Counted from the first letter of the whole stretch, positions 1 to 14,237 are shown. The stretch is 63,309 nt of DNA, filler included, from Reticulomyxa filosa (GCA_000512085.1; 13 parts of 13 records of this genome joined end to end with filler, not necessarily neighbours in it), one strand, 5' to 3'. Translations and numbers: made by a program. Notes: generated by a model from the letters alone, not told the origin.

Positions 1-566
1 GTGTCAATTTTACTTTGCATTCTACTGTACATCACTATAAATATTTGCAATTTTTTGGATGAAAATTAACGTTTTTTCAAAATTTTTTAAAAATGATACC
101 TCTACGTCGTGTAGAATCTAAAAATACATTTGATTTTTAATAAAAGTGTAGCAAATCATACAAAAATTGTTAATATTTTTTTTCATTTTTTAAAAATTCT
201 TATGACAGTTAAAGATTCGTGCTAGTATTAAAAATAAAAATATTGCATGTTTTCTTTTGTGTCTTTCGCAATTTCCAAACGACTTAGATATGTTTTAAAA
301 AAATTAGCTTTCTACATTTCGTGGATAGTGAAATAAAGCATCAATAAAATTGCAAATGTTTTATAGTTGCATTTTAGTGAGTCTTTTCTTTTTTGAGGCA
401 GACTGTGAGTAACTTTACTTTTTGCACCAAAAAAAAACTTGAACAAACATTTTGAGGTTAAGAAAATAATGACTAAAGATTTTAAGTTTGTAATGTTCAA
501 AATATTGATTCCGACAAAAACTGACATTTATTTCACAAGTAGAAATTTGAATCTCATAGCAAGATC

Positions 567-3500
567 TCAAGTCTTGCGCTTGGCTCTTTTCTTTTTCTGT
601 CTTAAGATAATAAATTTCCATGCAAGGAAATTCTTTTTCATGGGTTTATAATAGCGATATTTTCTTGAAAAATGATATAAATCTAAAGGCAGTGCCATGA
701 TATCTTCACTATTGCGAGGCTCTGTCGTGTGTAACAAATTTACTAGTCTGACATTTTCGCTCGATTGAGAGTAAGGTAAGTCAATGGGATTATTCTGCAA
801 CTCATTTTCTAGTCGAATACGCTCACTTGTATGCAATGTGGACAAGCTAATAATATCCGTGGGATCGCTGATATATAGGGACGGCATTGTAGATATTTTG
901 ATATTATTTTCCATTTCCTCTGAAATTTTGTATAAACGTTCACTCCAATTTTTTTTTAGCTCCAAACAAAAAAAGAAAAGTAAGAAATATTCTGTAAAAA
1001 GTTTGTATCCAGAAAAAAGAAAAAATGTATTCAAACGTTTGAATGTCTTGTCTAATGCACAGCCACCCAGATTAGTAATTTTGTCCATGCAACTCAAACT
1101 TTTGATCATTGAATGTTTTGAGAAAGAGTGCAGTTGTCTTTGTGGATCCAGATTTGTCATGTCATCTAAGCGGGACATTTTTGGAGAAATAGTTTTCCAA
1201 CTAACGTTATCCTGATTATTTTCCATCCATGGCAATTTTGGAGTCCAATGTAATGCATCGTGGTTGGCTTTAATTGGTTGTGAAAATGAACCATGTAATT
1301 TTCGTTTGGAGCGTTTTTTTGGTTTTGCCGATGTTTGATGCCAGCATCTGAAAATTTTACTTTGTAAGTCTATTTGAAAACATAATCGTTAATTATGGTA
1401 GCCGACATAAGTGCAAAACTGAATTGTTACAGATATACAGAAGTATACGTACACATATGTATACGTATATACATATATATGTATGTTTTTGTTTTGCACT
1501 TACGAATGTTGTGATGAATAACTGCCATTAATTGAAACATTTTGTTATCCTTTGTTTCTTCGATCTTCATGGTAACAACTCGCCATCGTTCAAATAATTT
1601 TTTTTTTTGTAACATTGAGTGGTGAGCCATTCTGTTGGATATATATGGCTCTGTTTTTTTTTGTTTTTTTTTACGTCTCAGGGAAAATAAAAAATAAAAA
1701 AAAACTTTTACTGATGGCGCTCCCAAAGCGAGTCTGCTTTGGAAAAAGCTTTTCGTAAATGTTTTCGATTTATTGTTCTGTTTTGATGTTACAAATTATT
1801 TTAATCAAACATTAAAAAAACAAATAAATAGAGAAGAAGAAATTCATTTAAACATAACATCACTCTCCATCTTTGGAAATGTGTTTGTAGCAATGACTCA
1901 TCTTTATTTCTTTCACATGTCAATAGTAACGCGTGATGTAAGGTACATTGTTTGTAATAGTGTCTCATGGTATAAAAATACGTATAAAGAATCTTATGAT
2001 TTCTATCTCTTTGAAAGTCTGAAATGATTTGCGATAATCTCGCACGTGTATCTTTATGTAGCTTCCATTTTCGAATGCATCGTCTTTGGAGTGCCAAAGG
2101 TTTGTATTTTGTGTCAATCATGACGCGGAGCGTATATTGGGAGCATCGATATTTCTTCCAATTTCCAAACATTCGCTTCATTTTTTGAATGTTGCCGAGT
2201 TGATTTGCGTTGCATTCCCTCTGGCTCCAAATATCGATCAGTTGTTGCCAATGACGGAGTTGCCATCGACACAAAATTTTGTTTGGGTACGTATACAAAA
2301 TAAACCGGTCCAACTTTTTCTGACGTGCATTTGTTAACCATTTTTTAAAATAAGTTTTTAATTGCTTTCTCTTCCAAAACAACCTTGATAAATCTGCCAT
2401 TATTTTGATTAAGTTTTTTAAATGTGCAGTAACAACAATAAAAAAAAAGGGGGGGGGGGGGGCTTGCCTACTTTTTAAAAGCGTTTGCGTGGTGAGATGG
2501 TCAACATCTTGAGCCTCGATTTTCAAAGTCTGACACGCCCTTTCAAAATCAGACAGCCTCTGATCTTCGACTGCTGCTATTTTGAACTCTAAATTGTTGT
2601 TAAAGACCTCCATTTTTCTTTTGATTTTCGTGTTCCAGCTTTGAAGTACATAATGATTAAATCTTAAGTTTTGATAAGTCACAATTGCAGTTGTTGGCAA
2701 ATTGACTCCTTGTGTTTGTGCAAGCTTGTTTGCTGTCAACTTCCATTTCAATACTTTATCGTACCATCTGAACAAGCATTTGCAAAAATGATGTCAGTTC
2801 AAATCCTGATATATCATTGCACTTGTTTTTTTTTCATTAATGTTGTCTAGGTTAGAAAAATTTAAGAACCTTTTGTGTAAATGTCGAAGTTGCAGTTTCG
2901 TGGCAAATTGTTGGGTTAGTTCCTTTTCCAATGATAAATACCAGTACAAATGTTGCCACCATTTGAACAAATGCCTCTGTATTGCCTTTTTCTTTTTTTC
3001 CCACAATTCTTGTGCACGTCTTTCTAGTGTTACTCGCTTACGTGTGATACGGCACCATCCTTGGAAGTGCTGTTGCATCTGTCATTATAATTTAATTTGC
3101 TTATTTTAAATTAAAAAAATATTTTTTATGACAATTTAATTTTTGTATAAAACAACTGACAAATATTTGGATTTTGTAGCGAGTGACGGCTTGCACTTTC
3201 AATTGCTTCCCTTTTTTTTTTGAGATGAATTCTTTCCATCCCTGAAAGACAACACAGCTGAATGCTGTTGTTCTTGAGATTCCATTTGATCAATGAACTT
3301 CTTTCGAAGTTTTTGCATTGCTATTAGACATTTCCAGCGGATAAAGATTTGCTGCAACTGCAACTTGTGTACTAAGTCATGTAAAATGCTCAACTTAAAG
3401 TGCAATCCATTTTCAATTTTAAGATGAGCGCATTTTGAATTCAAATAATTGTCTCTGTTTGGTTGAATTATTAAAAAAAAACAAACTTTCTCTTGGCCGT

Positions 3501-5692
3501 CCCTTTCTTCTAGCTAGATTAGAAGCGGATCAGAACAAAGCAGAATGTCAGAACTGTGATAAATGTTGGCCGCTTGTTTCTGGACTTATCTTTTCTAATA
3601 AAGAATAGTATTCATTTTGCAAATCTTTTAACTTGGTATCAATATCTTGTGTTTTCAATTGATGATTGTACTTTTCAATTTGAAGCTGGCAGTTGACAGA
3701 CTTTAAAAGCTGCATTCTCATAGGAAAACGTTTTTCGCACTTTTGTTTGACATTATTGCTTGCAACTTTTTTTTGAGAGTCTTGGATTTGTGTTGGCTCA
3801 TTTTTTTGTGTGTAATTATTACATTGCATTCTGCCAAGATATTCTGCAATCAGTTGTTGTTTGTGTTTTAACACTGGTATTTTGTCCATATTGTCTTTGC
3901 TTGACTCCATCACAGACTGCGTGCTTGTGGAAGGGGGTAATGTTATGTGCATTTCTTTCTTAGAAGGTGTCATATTGTCACATTTCGTTAGGTTCTTGTA
4001 AACAGCTTGTTTTTTGCTTTCATTTGCTACGTATCCGCCACAATCGTCATTAGCAGGTCGATTACAAAGTACTTTGTTTTCCAGGGGATCATTGTTTTTT
4101 TCAATATTTGTAATTGATTTGCTATTGCGATGTTGAGCAATTCTTTCAATATGCTGGTCAAATGCGTTTGCATCTCTCTTTCGTTTTCTTTTTTTTTTTT
4201 GGTTTTTTGTGACTCTGTATCCTCTTTGCTTGCCTTTGCAGAGGACTGTTGATGTGCAATAGTGGGTAACACAGGATCTAATTTGGCATAAGAAAGGATT
4301 TGTTGAGCTTGTTTCTTGTGATGTTGGGAGAGACGATATTTGCAATAATTTTTTTGTAAGTTTGCTGCCCTTGCACTGCCATTTGCAAGTGCGTGACATA
4401 GCTCTTGCCGAATCTTACTGTTATACGTTGTGTTCGAGTGCCCCCCTGCGCTTGTCCAACATTTGTGGGGTGTGTGCTTCCCAACTGCGTGCATTTCTTT
4501 CTTTCCGTTTGTTGTACTCATGCCATCCAAAACCTGCTTCACTTTTAAACGCAGGGATTTCCTTTCTGGAGACTCTTCATATTCTGTCTTACATTCTTGG
4601 ATTGGATGTTGTGAGTTTGTTTGCTCACTGATCAATTTGTGATATAGATTTTTTTTTTTTTTGAACGTTTGAAAAGCTAACACTGAAAAAAAACAACAAT
4701 AAAAATACACATAAAGAAGCTGAGGTAATGCTATATTCAGACATGCAATGAGGAGTTTCGTCTTTGTTGCGTTGAAAAACTGGGTCAGACAACAAGTTAT
4801 GTATCTTAGCAAGTGTCGGGTAGTTTTCGGTCAATGAACTTTTGCAGTTGACTTGGCTCTTTTTTTTTGATGGTTGATTGCCGATGTCGGAAGTGGATTT
4901 TTCATGAGCTTTTGCAAGAGGCCTCTAAATAAGTTCGTTTTATCCCGAATCAGAAAAAAAAATTGAGAAATACTTTAAAATGTCTATTATGATTTGTGGA
5001 GAAGTTTTTTTTTGAAAGGGTTAGATACCCGGACTGGAGATTCACTTTTTCTTTCTTCTTTGATGAGTCTTTGTTGCAGTATTTGTTTAATTTGCTCTGG
5101 TAACAATACTGTTGTTTGTGTAATTGTCATTTTATTTTCAAATGAATTTTGAAATGGTAAATCTGGCGCTTCTTGCGAAGTATTGTTTATATTAAATTGC
5201 TGTGCTGAGTTTAGATTGTCACTCTTCCATTCACGGTGTGCTAGAACATTTTCAACAGCCGTCATTTGATCATTTTCACTTGTGATTTTACGTTTATTCA
5301 TAGTTTTAGAAGCTGTCTTTTGTGGCACAAATGATCTCGGCTGAATGTCATCCTTTTCAAAAGTTTTTACACTGTTGCCAGGATGCTCCGGAATAACATC
5401 AAGAGTTGTTGACGGTATTGAACAGTACCGTGCTTCATATTGACTGTGAACAAATTGTCACTTTTTCATTAAACAAGAGTTAAACGAACATAGAATACTT
5501 TTATTTTTGTAACTTTGTGAAAGGCTCAAAAGCTTGTTTACCTCTAGAGCCATTGCTTTTTGTTAATGGCCGTGTGTACATGTTGAACAAAACTCGACGC
5601 GGAACTTTATTTACTTTTTTGAAACATTTTAGTTGGAATGATTTTTGCAATGGATTCTCTTTGTGAGGTAGTTTACTCTGCTCTTGTAGCAT
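567..5692 (-). CDS. Multi-exon Sfi1-repeat-like (centrin-binding) protein with long low-complexity N-terminus
   Basis: Chain of minus-strand ORFs (5501-5692, 4987-5328, 4027-4812, 3548-4399, 3199-3444, 2794-3078, 1801-2775, 567-1235). The C-terminal half has periodic F/L-x-x-W-K/R helical repeats (IFIRWK, FQGWK, FQGWCR, FKWWQ, YFKKWL, MFGNWK, FQRWR, FLAWK). Two single-base frameshifts (~4195, ~3260) are needed; the exact start is uncertain. Confidence 0.5.
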
Positions 5693-6358
5693 TAATATCC
5701 TTTGGAAGCAAAATTATTCGAGGGTTTTTTTGTTAAGCTGTCTACTTGCGTCAACTTGAGCATTGTTTGAATACCAAAAAAGACAAATCATCCTATGAAG
5801 AGATGGGATGTCAAAATGAATAAATAGAACATTATTTTTGCTTTATATATTGTTACTTTTTAATCAAGAGATATCATTACAAATTTGCCCAAAGTATTAT
5901 TTTAATTATGTTTAGACTGATTTAGTGGTGTAACGTTACTGATGTAAATGAAGACGTTTGAATATCAAAAAAATGTTTCTGTAATTCTATATCTCCAAAT
6001 TTGAATTTATTTAATTTGTATTATTATTTACTGTAATAAAAAAATCAAAACACTTAATTTGATCAGATTGGCAATATGTTGAAGGAGTCTACTTTGCTCA
6101 ATTATGAATTACCTAGAAAAAGAAAGCCAATGCAGGCATATGTTTTAGAAAAATGATTACTTGTATAAATAAAAGATGTAAAAGTATTGTTAGTGCAAAG
6201 TTGGGTTGTAACTCTGAAACGTGAAAGTATTGTGAAAACGTTCAAAAGAATTTTTTGTTGAAAATCCTGCGATCATTTCGTCTTTGAATATCAATAATAG
6301 ACGCCACAATTAGAGAAATTTTTGAATAAATATTTGCTATTGGCCATTTTTCTGACAA

Positions 6359-6780
6359 ATGAGTACAAAAGATACGCAGATCGTTGCATTGCGACTGTAC
6401 CGGCATTTGCTCCGAAACAGCAAAAAATTTGTGACCTACAACTATCGTGCTTATGCATGGAGGCACGTCAAACATAGATTCAGGTTTGAGTAAATCCAAT
6501 GACAAAGACATGAAGATGATATCTTTTTTTTTGTAAACAAAGCACATTTCAAAAGACCACGAAGAAAAAAGAAAAAAAAAATCAACGAAGACAAAACAGA
6601 TCGCAAACTAACCTAACGGAGATTATGTCCTTATTACAAAAAGGAAAAGAAGAATTCAACTCTTTGCAAAGGCAAGTGATTGTCGACAGACTGTATGCAT
6701 CACGAAATACAGTTCATAACTTGCCAGAGTTTTATTCCGATGTTCAGGTCCAATCACAAAAACCAGTCGAGGGAAAATAA
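6359..6780 (+). CDS. ISD11: LYR-motif protein 4 / Isd11, mitochondrial Fe-S cluster assembly factor (2 exons: 6359-6483, 6600-6780; 101 aa)
   Basis: Manual splice gives MSTKDTQIVALRLYRHLLRNSKKFVTYNYRAYAWRHVKHRFR-SQTNLTEIMSLLQKGKEEFNSLQRQVIVDRLYASRNTV...; LYR, FxxYNYRxYA and LxRQxxVxxLY motifs of LYRM4. GT-AG intron 6484-6599. Confidence 0.9.
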
Positions 6781-8089
6781 CCATTGATTGTATGTTGAGT
6801 TGGATCATTCATTCAAAATATTGCCGAGTGTAATTTTTTGGTCTTACCATTTTTTCCTTCAAAAAAAGCAAATAGCATCCTTTACTAAATCATATTTTGA
6901 TCACGATCTAAGAACCCAACTTGTTCAAATCAAGGGCATTTTTGTTCGCTTGTTTCCTCTTTTATACTTCAAAGTTTTAATGAACGGATAAGCTTTTCAA
7001 TGTTTGCAAAAAAGAGATTAAATGTACAAACACTGCTCCAGATTCAAAAAAGAAATATAAATGTAGAAAATAAGAATTACAAAAATTCAAAAACATATTT
7101 GTGGCAATGTATGAAAAGAAAATTGGAGCAATAATTGAATGAATCTATCAACAATTCAGCAAATTTGTCATTTTTATATCTTTTGAAAAGATCAAAAGCA
7201 TCGCACACTGATGTGCGAAGCCACGTTTTTGTTATTAAAAAATGTTATAATATTTTTTTGTCCAGCAAATAATCAACAAAAAGATTGATTATGTGTATTA
7301 TTCTGTCATACAAAATATTATCGCAAAACTAAAAATGAATTTTTTACAAATTTCTTTCATCTTTAAAAAAAAGAAGTGCTGTTCACGTAAAATGAAAATG
7401 GTATATATTTTTAATTTTTTTCTGTTGATGCTCAAATGAAAAAAAAAATTGAATGAATATAATGACATTGACTCGGACAACAATTGGATATATTTTCAAG
7501 GTATAAAAACAGTTTTTAAATTTAATTATATGTACTAATTTAATCACATGAATAACACTTTTTATTATTTCAAAATTTATCGATACTTGTTGATCAAATT
7601 TATGTAAAAAATTTAACGAAAATTAGTAACAATCATTTATGTTAGAGATTGATCTCACGTGCGGAATTCAATTTATAAAAATCCAGTTTGTTTAATCTTA
7701 ATGTTGCATATAGAACTCTTACATAATACTTAATACAATGCAATTCTAATGAAAAATACATTGAATAAAGCTAATTACAAAAGTATAATATCTATTTATA
7801 TTATAAAACAAAATATTTTACAACGTAATTAAAAAATACAAAACAAACGTTTAATTGAAAAAAAAAAAGAAAAATTGTGGTATGATTTGTTATTAATAAA
7901 ATCCAGATGTCCGTAGGAACTTATTCTGTTATAATCTTTTTTCGACAATTGTATATTCTGCCATGTAATTTAATTTTTTCTCGCTTCGTTTTTTCGTAGT
8001 CCACCGCAGTTGTTACCTTTTTTGACTAAGAAGACGCTTTTGTGTTAAAAAATAGAATTTGTTATTGTAGTAAAATCAGAAAAGCAGCA

Positions 8090-8950
8090 ATGTTTCAGCC
8101 AATAATAGACGAAAAGGGTCGTGAAGCGTTGAAAAACTACAAGTACGCCTGTACGGTTAAGTCGTGGCTGGACGATAAAGTAATGTCACCATTTTGGGAC
8201 TTTGCAGTGTTGTTTATGCCATTGACGATAGCCCCCAATGCATTGACATTTATAGCAACCTTGACAGTTTTGTTCCATGAAAAGAAGTAGTTTGAGAGTG
8301 CAACTGACAGCACATATACAACAAACTGAAAGTTTCTATGGGCATACGGGTGGTTTCAATACTTCGATCCGCAAATGTCCGTGTGTTGTCCATCGTGGGT
8401 ATATTATCAATTGGCGATCTCGTTGTTTATTTACCAAACGTTGGATGGGGTCGACGGTCGTCAAGCACGTCGGACATTCAGTTCTTCCCCACTGGGTCAG
8501 TTATTTGACCATGGCAACGATGCATTTGCATTTACATTAATGCTTGTGTCTGGGGTAGGCTCACTACAGTTCAGTTAAACTTGAAAAAAAAAAAAAAAAA
8601 AAAAAATCAAAAAAAAAAAGTCAAAAAAAAAAAAGCATGCTTGTCTCTCAAGGTACGGCGTGTCGTGGAAAAGTCATATGATAATGGTAGGTGGATACGT
8701 AACTTTTTATCTCGTCCATTGGCGTGCACGTCACGAAGGGGTAATGTTTTTTGGGATACTGTGTGTGACTGAGGCCCAATGTGTGACCATGCTTCTCTGG
8801 CTTGTCACCGCTATTTTTGGGTGTGACGTTTGGTATGTCCACTTTTGGGGGATGTCCCTTCGAAGCCTTCTGATTGCTGGATTGGCCATTGGGTCCATTA
8901 ATAGTTTCGTTTCCGATTTTATTGCTGTCAGGTTTGTCATTTTTTTTTTT
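8090..8950 (+). CDS. Choline/ethanolamine phosphotransferase (CDP-alcohol phosphotransferase), 3' partial, at least 3 exons
   Basis: LKNYKY...PFW...APNxLT N-terminus and the catalytic motif YQTLDGVDGRQARRTFSSSPLGQLFDHGND; GT-AG introns; truncated by spacer. Confidence 0.93.
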
Positions 8951-9050
8951 NNNNNNNNNNNNNNNNNNNNNNNNNNNNNNNNNNNNNNNNNNNNTTAATT
9001 AATTAANNNNNNNNNNNNNNNNNNNNNNNNNNNNNNNNNNNNNNNNNNNN
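8951..9050. other. Artificial contig spacer
   Basis: 44 N + TTAATTAATTAA + 44 N. Confidence 0.98.
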
Positions 9051-9392
9051 GTTTGTGATTTTGAATATGAAGAAAGATTTGAAAGTTCTTTCTTCAACAC
9101 ATTTCAAGCTCGTAAGAATGTCGTCAAGTGAAGGAGACCAATGAAGAAAAAAGAGCTTGCTCAAGATACTGGCAATTGAAGAAAATACACAAAAGTTTTT
9201 GCGATTCGTACAAACTACGCACTCGCAGTGAAATAAAATGTAAGAATGGTTGGAGGAAAAAAAAGTAACTCGAAACATGGCCGCTTAAGTGTGCCTCGTG
9301 GTGACATTTGACGTATTTGGCTCAACAGACTGCAGTCTTTCGACAACGGAGAAACAAGGCATAAGTGGACTGATGACCAAGAAGTTTTATTT

Positions 9393-9423
<31 letters not shown>

Positions 9424-10200
9424 GGCGTGTGCAAACAAAAACGTTTTTATGCTTACGTACATCCAAAAAAAAATATTTTTTTTTGATATGCTGAAATTCT
9501 TTAATTACAGAATTTTTCTGATGCTCCTTCATGGATTGGATAAGTTTATGGAAGTCTTGTATTGGACCAGCTAAAGAAATTTGAAAATAAATTCGTCTGA
9601 CGTGTGCTCAAATCAATACACCCAATACTTAATGATTTCAACAGATGGACGAGTACAGAAATGGATGATTTGACTGCTTACACTCATGTCGACTACGCTT
9701 ACGTTGTGTATCATTTTATCATCAGTAACAACATTAACGATGTTGATTGTGGGCTATCTTGCTGAATTGAGAGCATGTGTTTCGTAAAAATATATGTATA
9801 CTTATGTATACGTATTTATTTATTTCATAAAAACAAATAAAAAAAACAAACAGAATCTGAAATTGAAAAAAAACAGATTCAAGTATGTATATTGTCATTC
9901 CAATTCGGAGAACAAAAGACGTACGTGTGCATATCATTATTCTTATCTAAGCGACAAAGACAACAAACTCGAAGCCAATCCAAATCCATCAGCAAATCGT
10001 TAAAAAATAACAAACTACTTATTAACATTTTTTTAAAAATGTTATTACATTTGTATGCGTTTGTACATTTATGTACGTTATAGACATCAATTATCAATTG
10101 ATTGCTCATCAACCTCTTCGTATGACAGCATGGACACAAATTGGCTTCGAGACAATCGTCGAATGATAGTAGTGGCGTCAATGTAGAATTGCCCCCTACG
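9051..10200 (+). pseudogene. Possible degenerate multi-exon gene fragment of unknown family
   Basis: Protein-like stretches on + separated by intron-like T/A tracts but interrupted by several in-frame stops (e.g. SEGDQ*RKKSLL, PSWIG*VYGSL). Confidence 0.25.
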
Positions 10201-10608
10201 CGGCAACATCAATTAAATCAATTGGAATTAGAATACTCATTTACTTACGTTAGTTCGTGTAGGCTCTCAACTCGAAATCGTTTGTTCTTCCTTTTTCTCT
10301 TCTATAAAAAAATATTATTGAATTTTTATATCTAAACACTTTCTCTACTTCAATGACTGTAATGGAAGAATGTCATTGAATTCATATGAAGCATGACCAA
10401 ATGTGTAAATGTTATTTGGATATAAAATAAATATCATAAAATAATCTCTAAAAAAATTAACAAATAATACAACAATTCACTGTCAATAAAAATAACAAGA
10501 TAATTGTTTATTAATTGCATAGCACACCAATTTTTTTGTTTTATAGCAGAATAGGAGGGTTTTCGACGGACATAAAATTTTATATATTAAAAAAGTGTAT
10601 GCACGTCA

Positions 10609-11714
10609 ATGTCACAATTTCCTGCATATCCACAATTGCAGCACAATCCCAAGAGAACTTTGGAAGAAGAGATAGAACTAGCATGTGAGAAGTCGAAGGA
10701 AGGCGGAGGGCCGGCGAATCTGTCGTGGGTGTGTTGGGATACGAACACGTCGGGAATGAGAGTTCGTTGATTTACTATTGGTTTTCGCAGGAGGACGACA
10801 CGTTGCCAGTGTTGGACGTGTCAGCGCCGATGAGTTTGGACACGCTAGCGAAGAGGAAAGTAGTGAGCCGAGGAAGTCGAAAAAGCAAGCGACAAAAGCA
10901 GAAAGCGGTAAAAGGAGGAGGAAGAGAAAAAGGAGATGGAGTCGACGAAAGAGAAGAGAAAGAAGAAAAAGAAAACAATGATACCAAAGAAGACGATGAA
11001 TGGAAGAGACAAAGTCCAGAAAAATGGATGTCAGTAGTGCCAAAGATGTACCGCGTATATGACTTTGACGCATGGACAGTATTGTCCGAGTTATTTAAGT
11101 CGGACAAAGGAGAGCACGAAGGAAAAGGAATCAGCAATAGCAATAACAATAATAATAATAGCAATAGCAATAGTAGTAGACATTGGTATCACAATATCTC
11201 ATCATTGGAACGGAAGATGACGCAATATTTGGACGTCGTGGAAATGCATTTGCTGCAGAAGATCGTGGTGCAATCGGACGAGTTTTTTGAGGGCTTATCG
11301 AATATCCAGAGTCTGCAAAGCGAGATTTGCGAGATAATGCTTTGCGCGAGCCAATGTCGACGGAGACTGAACGACATCCAGCACAGCTGCAATACGATGT
11401 CATATCGCGTGTTGAAGTCGTTCCAAACATATCTGTCTCACTGTCGGCTCTTACGTATCCTTCAAAGCATGCAACAACTGCAGAGTCTCAGCCATCGCAT
11501 GTTGGAAATAAAGCAAAGTCGCGACTGGGTGCGCGGCGTCCCGACCATCCACGCATCGGTGCAAATCCTGCGCAAGTTTATGAACGTCGATATCCCCGTC
11601 TTCCAAGAGTTTAGCGCCAACATGAAAGCTAGAAGCGTGCAATGGCAGGACGACATTATTTTCGAAGTCATCCGCGAATTCGAAACGAGTTGGAATATCA
11701 ATGATCATATTAAC

Positions 11715-11755
<41 letters not shown>

Positions 11756-12539
11756 AAATGTTTATGACAATGGCAATGACAAAAATTCAAATGATACACT
11801 TCATGCCTTGGCTACTGCCTTAGTATCACTCAGTACATTGAATGTAGAAAATGATCCCTTCCAACTGCTTCGACAACGCTTGTATGAAACATTTTGTGAT
11901 CAATTGAAACATTTCATGCAACTACCATCTTCTTCATCATCTTCTTCTTCTTCAGCACTTTTGCCATCGGTGAGTGATCGTGCTCTTGAAGAGTACTTGA
12001 AAACACTGAATGACTCGCAGTATATCGATGTGCTGTCTCGTGTGTATGACATGGGTCTACACACGGTCAGCGCATTGTCGCGCATGTCCGATACTTGGAC
12101 AACACTGGTGCCGAACAGCAAGGACAAGTGCTCGGAGCAGGTCCAGGAGCTGTCGCAGCAAATTCTGCAAACCAGCTCCACGTGCTTGCACGTACGACAG
12201 CAGCACAACGCGGCGATGAGTCTGATCGACATGAAGGCCATGTTTGTGAAGAGTTTGTCATTTGTGCAAAGCATTGAGAAGTTGGTGGGCGTCCGCGTGT
12301 ATTACGAAATGCGCCGCGTGTTGCTCTTGCAGACGCAGAAATTCGTGGCGCGCTTCCATCAAGAGAAAATGAAGCAAATGGCACAAACACTCGATAAAGA
12401 GCCTTGGAACAGTAGCAAAGTTCCTATCCACGTGCAAACAATGGTTAATAGTATTCAATCCAATGAATATAATAATATTGATGCTGATTTCCTACTTAGC
12501 AATACTCATATTAATAATGATAATGATAACAATAATAAC

Positions 12540-12585
<46 letters not shown>

Positions 12586-13439
12586 GTGATAATGTTAATG
12601 GAGATATAAACAATAAACGCGCATTAGATAGTCTTGTGATGATTTGGGAAGACAAAGAGGTACCTTGCAAAGTGGTCAAAAGTGTGCTCACGTTAATCGA
12701 ATGTTGCTTCGAGTATTTGCAATGCTCGCACAAGTTGAATGTGGTAACCGAAGACATATCCAGCAAAGTCGTGGAGATCATGCACTTGTTTAATCACAAG
12801 ACGTGCGATTTGATTTTAAATGCAACCGCCATGCACACCGTTGGTCTCACGTCCATCACCGCCAAACACTTGGCTCTGGCACAACAGTCGCTCTTCATTG
12901 TCATGTGCTTGCTCTCTGGGATGGAACAATGGTTTTCCAAAAGTATCCCCGCCAATCGCGTCGCTTCTTTGATCGATCAAATGCAAAAGTGCAGACAAAA
13001 TGTGGAGGCACATATGCACAAGATCGACGAAAAGTTGATCAGCATCATGCAAGGATTAATGGAAAAACAAATGGTTTTGTTTCGAGAGTATGTACTCGTT
13101 GAAACCAGTTCTGATGTCAAAGTTCATCCCTCTGTTGCTGCTCTTATGAAACAATGCAAACAAATGCACAAAATCCTCAATACTTATCTACCGCCTGACA
13201 GAATTCAAGTCGTTTTCGATCCCATTGTCTCTGCTTTTGTTGGCGCTTTGGAAGAGGTTCGACGTTCCGTCATTCATCATCATCGCCTTCAGCCGGCCAA
13301 CGAAGACAAAATTGAACGAGATATCCACGTCTTCAATCTCACTGTCAAATTCATCTCTGAACGTCTGCAATGGCTTAATGTATTATCTCAACAATTTAAC
13401 GATTTGTGTTTGGATCACTCTTCATTCACCCCATCCTGA
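10609..13439 (+). CDS. VPS54: GARP complex subunit Vps54
   Basis: 904-aa intronless ORF with LERKMTQYLDVVEMHL...SDEFFEGL, LDKEPW and LFNHKTCDLILNATAMHTVGLTSITAKHLALAQQSL (Vps54 signature). The likely ATG at 10609 (MSQFPAYPQ...) needs a one-base frameshift near 10690 to join the long ORF. Confidence 0.92.
11710..11753 (+). repeat. (AAT)n microsatellite encoding poly-Asn in VPS54
   Basis: Direct reading. Confidence 0.9.
12512..12600 (+). repeat. (AAT)n microsatellite encoding poly-Asn in VPS54
   Basis: Direct reading. Confidence 0.9.
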
Positions 13440-14237
13440 ATGTCTGATAAAAATAATTTCACCATAACCATTATTTGGAGACTTTTTTTCTCATTTTACT
13501 CATTCAAAATCAATATTTTTACTTTTTTGCTAAAAAAAAAATATGCTTTTCACCAATATTACCTTGAAATAATCGAATTGTACGGTATTTTTTTACTTAT
13601 CAAATAACATCTTTGGAACATTGATGCCCAAAAATGATTGTTAGCAAATGGTTCTCTCTACCTCTCAACACAAAATATGTGGGCACAAATATATAGATCT
13701 TATTCTAGTGCTTGTTTGGACCTGACGCAAGGAAGGCATTTCTTAACACAAAATGTATACAATTGCTATGACAAAGAATGATTTGAAAAAATGTCATGAA
13801 TTTTGTGTGGCAAAGAAATAATAACATCTTATATTACCTCACAAACATCCTCTTTGAGTAGTAGATGAACTTTGTAGATACATGTTACAAATTCTTATGT
13901 TAATCTCTGAGCGTTTCCACTCATTGCCTGCTCAGAACCAAACAATGACCGGAGAAAATAGGTCCTTACTTTGAATCATATCACATTGCTTGCAAAGTTT
14001 GTCAAGAAAATTGTGGATTCTCAATTTTTTTTTTCCTTTTTTCTTTTTACTTTTATTATTTTTCATCGTATTTCTGAAAGAGAATCATTACGACTATTTT
14101 GTAAGAATATTCTTATATTGAAGTCCAAAACTTTGTCAAATAAAAAAGTAAACCAACCACAAAAATCTCGTTAATCGAACACATTAGACAAAAAAAGAAG
14201 GATGACACAAAAAAAAAAATTATGTATGTAATAAAAT

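Noticed and set aside
6242-6547. Minus-strand 101-aa ORF
   Set aside because: Antisense shadow of ISD11 exon 1 and its intron.
8995-9006. Recurrent TTAATTAATTAA palindrome as a biological repeat, IES boundary or telomere-addition site
   Set aside because: Always centred in exactly 44+44 Ns and gives stops in all six frames: an artificial linker.
10678-13102. Many overlapping alternative-frame and antisense ORFs inside VPS54
   Set aside because: By-product of GC-rich codon patches and AAT repeats; no recognisable motifs.
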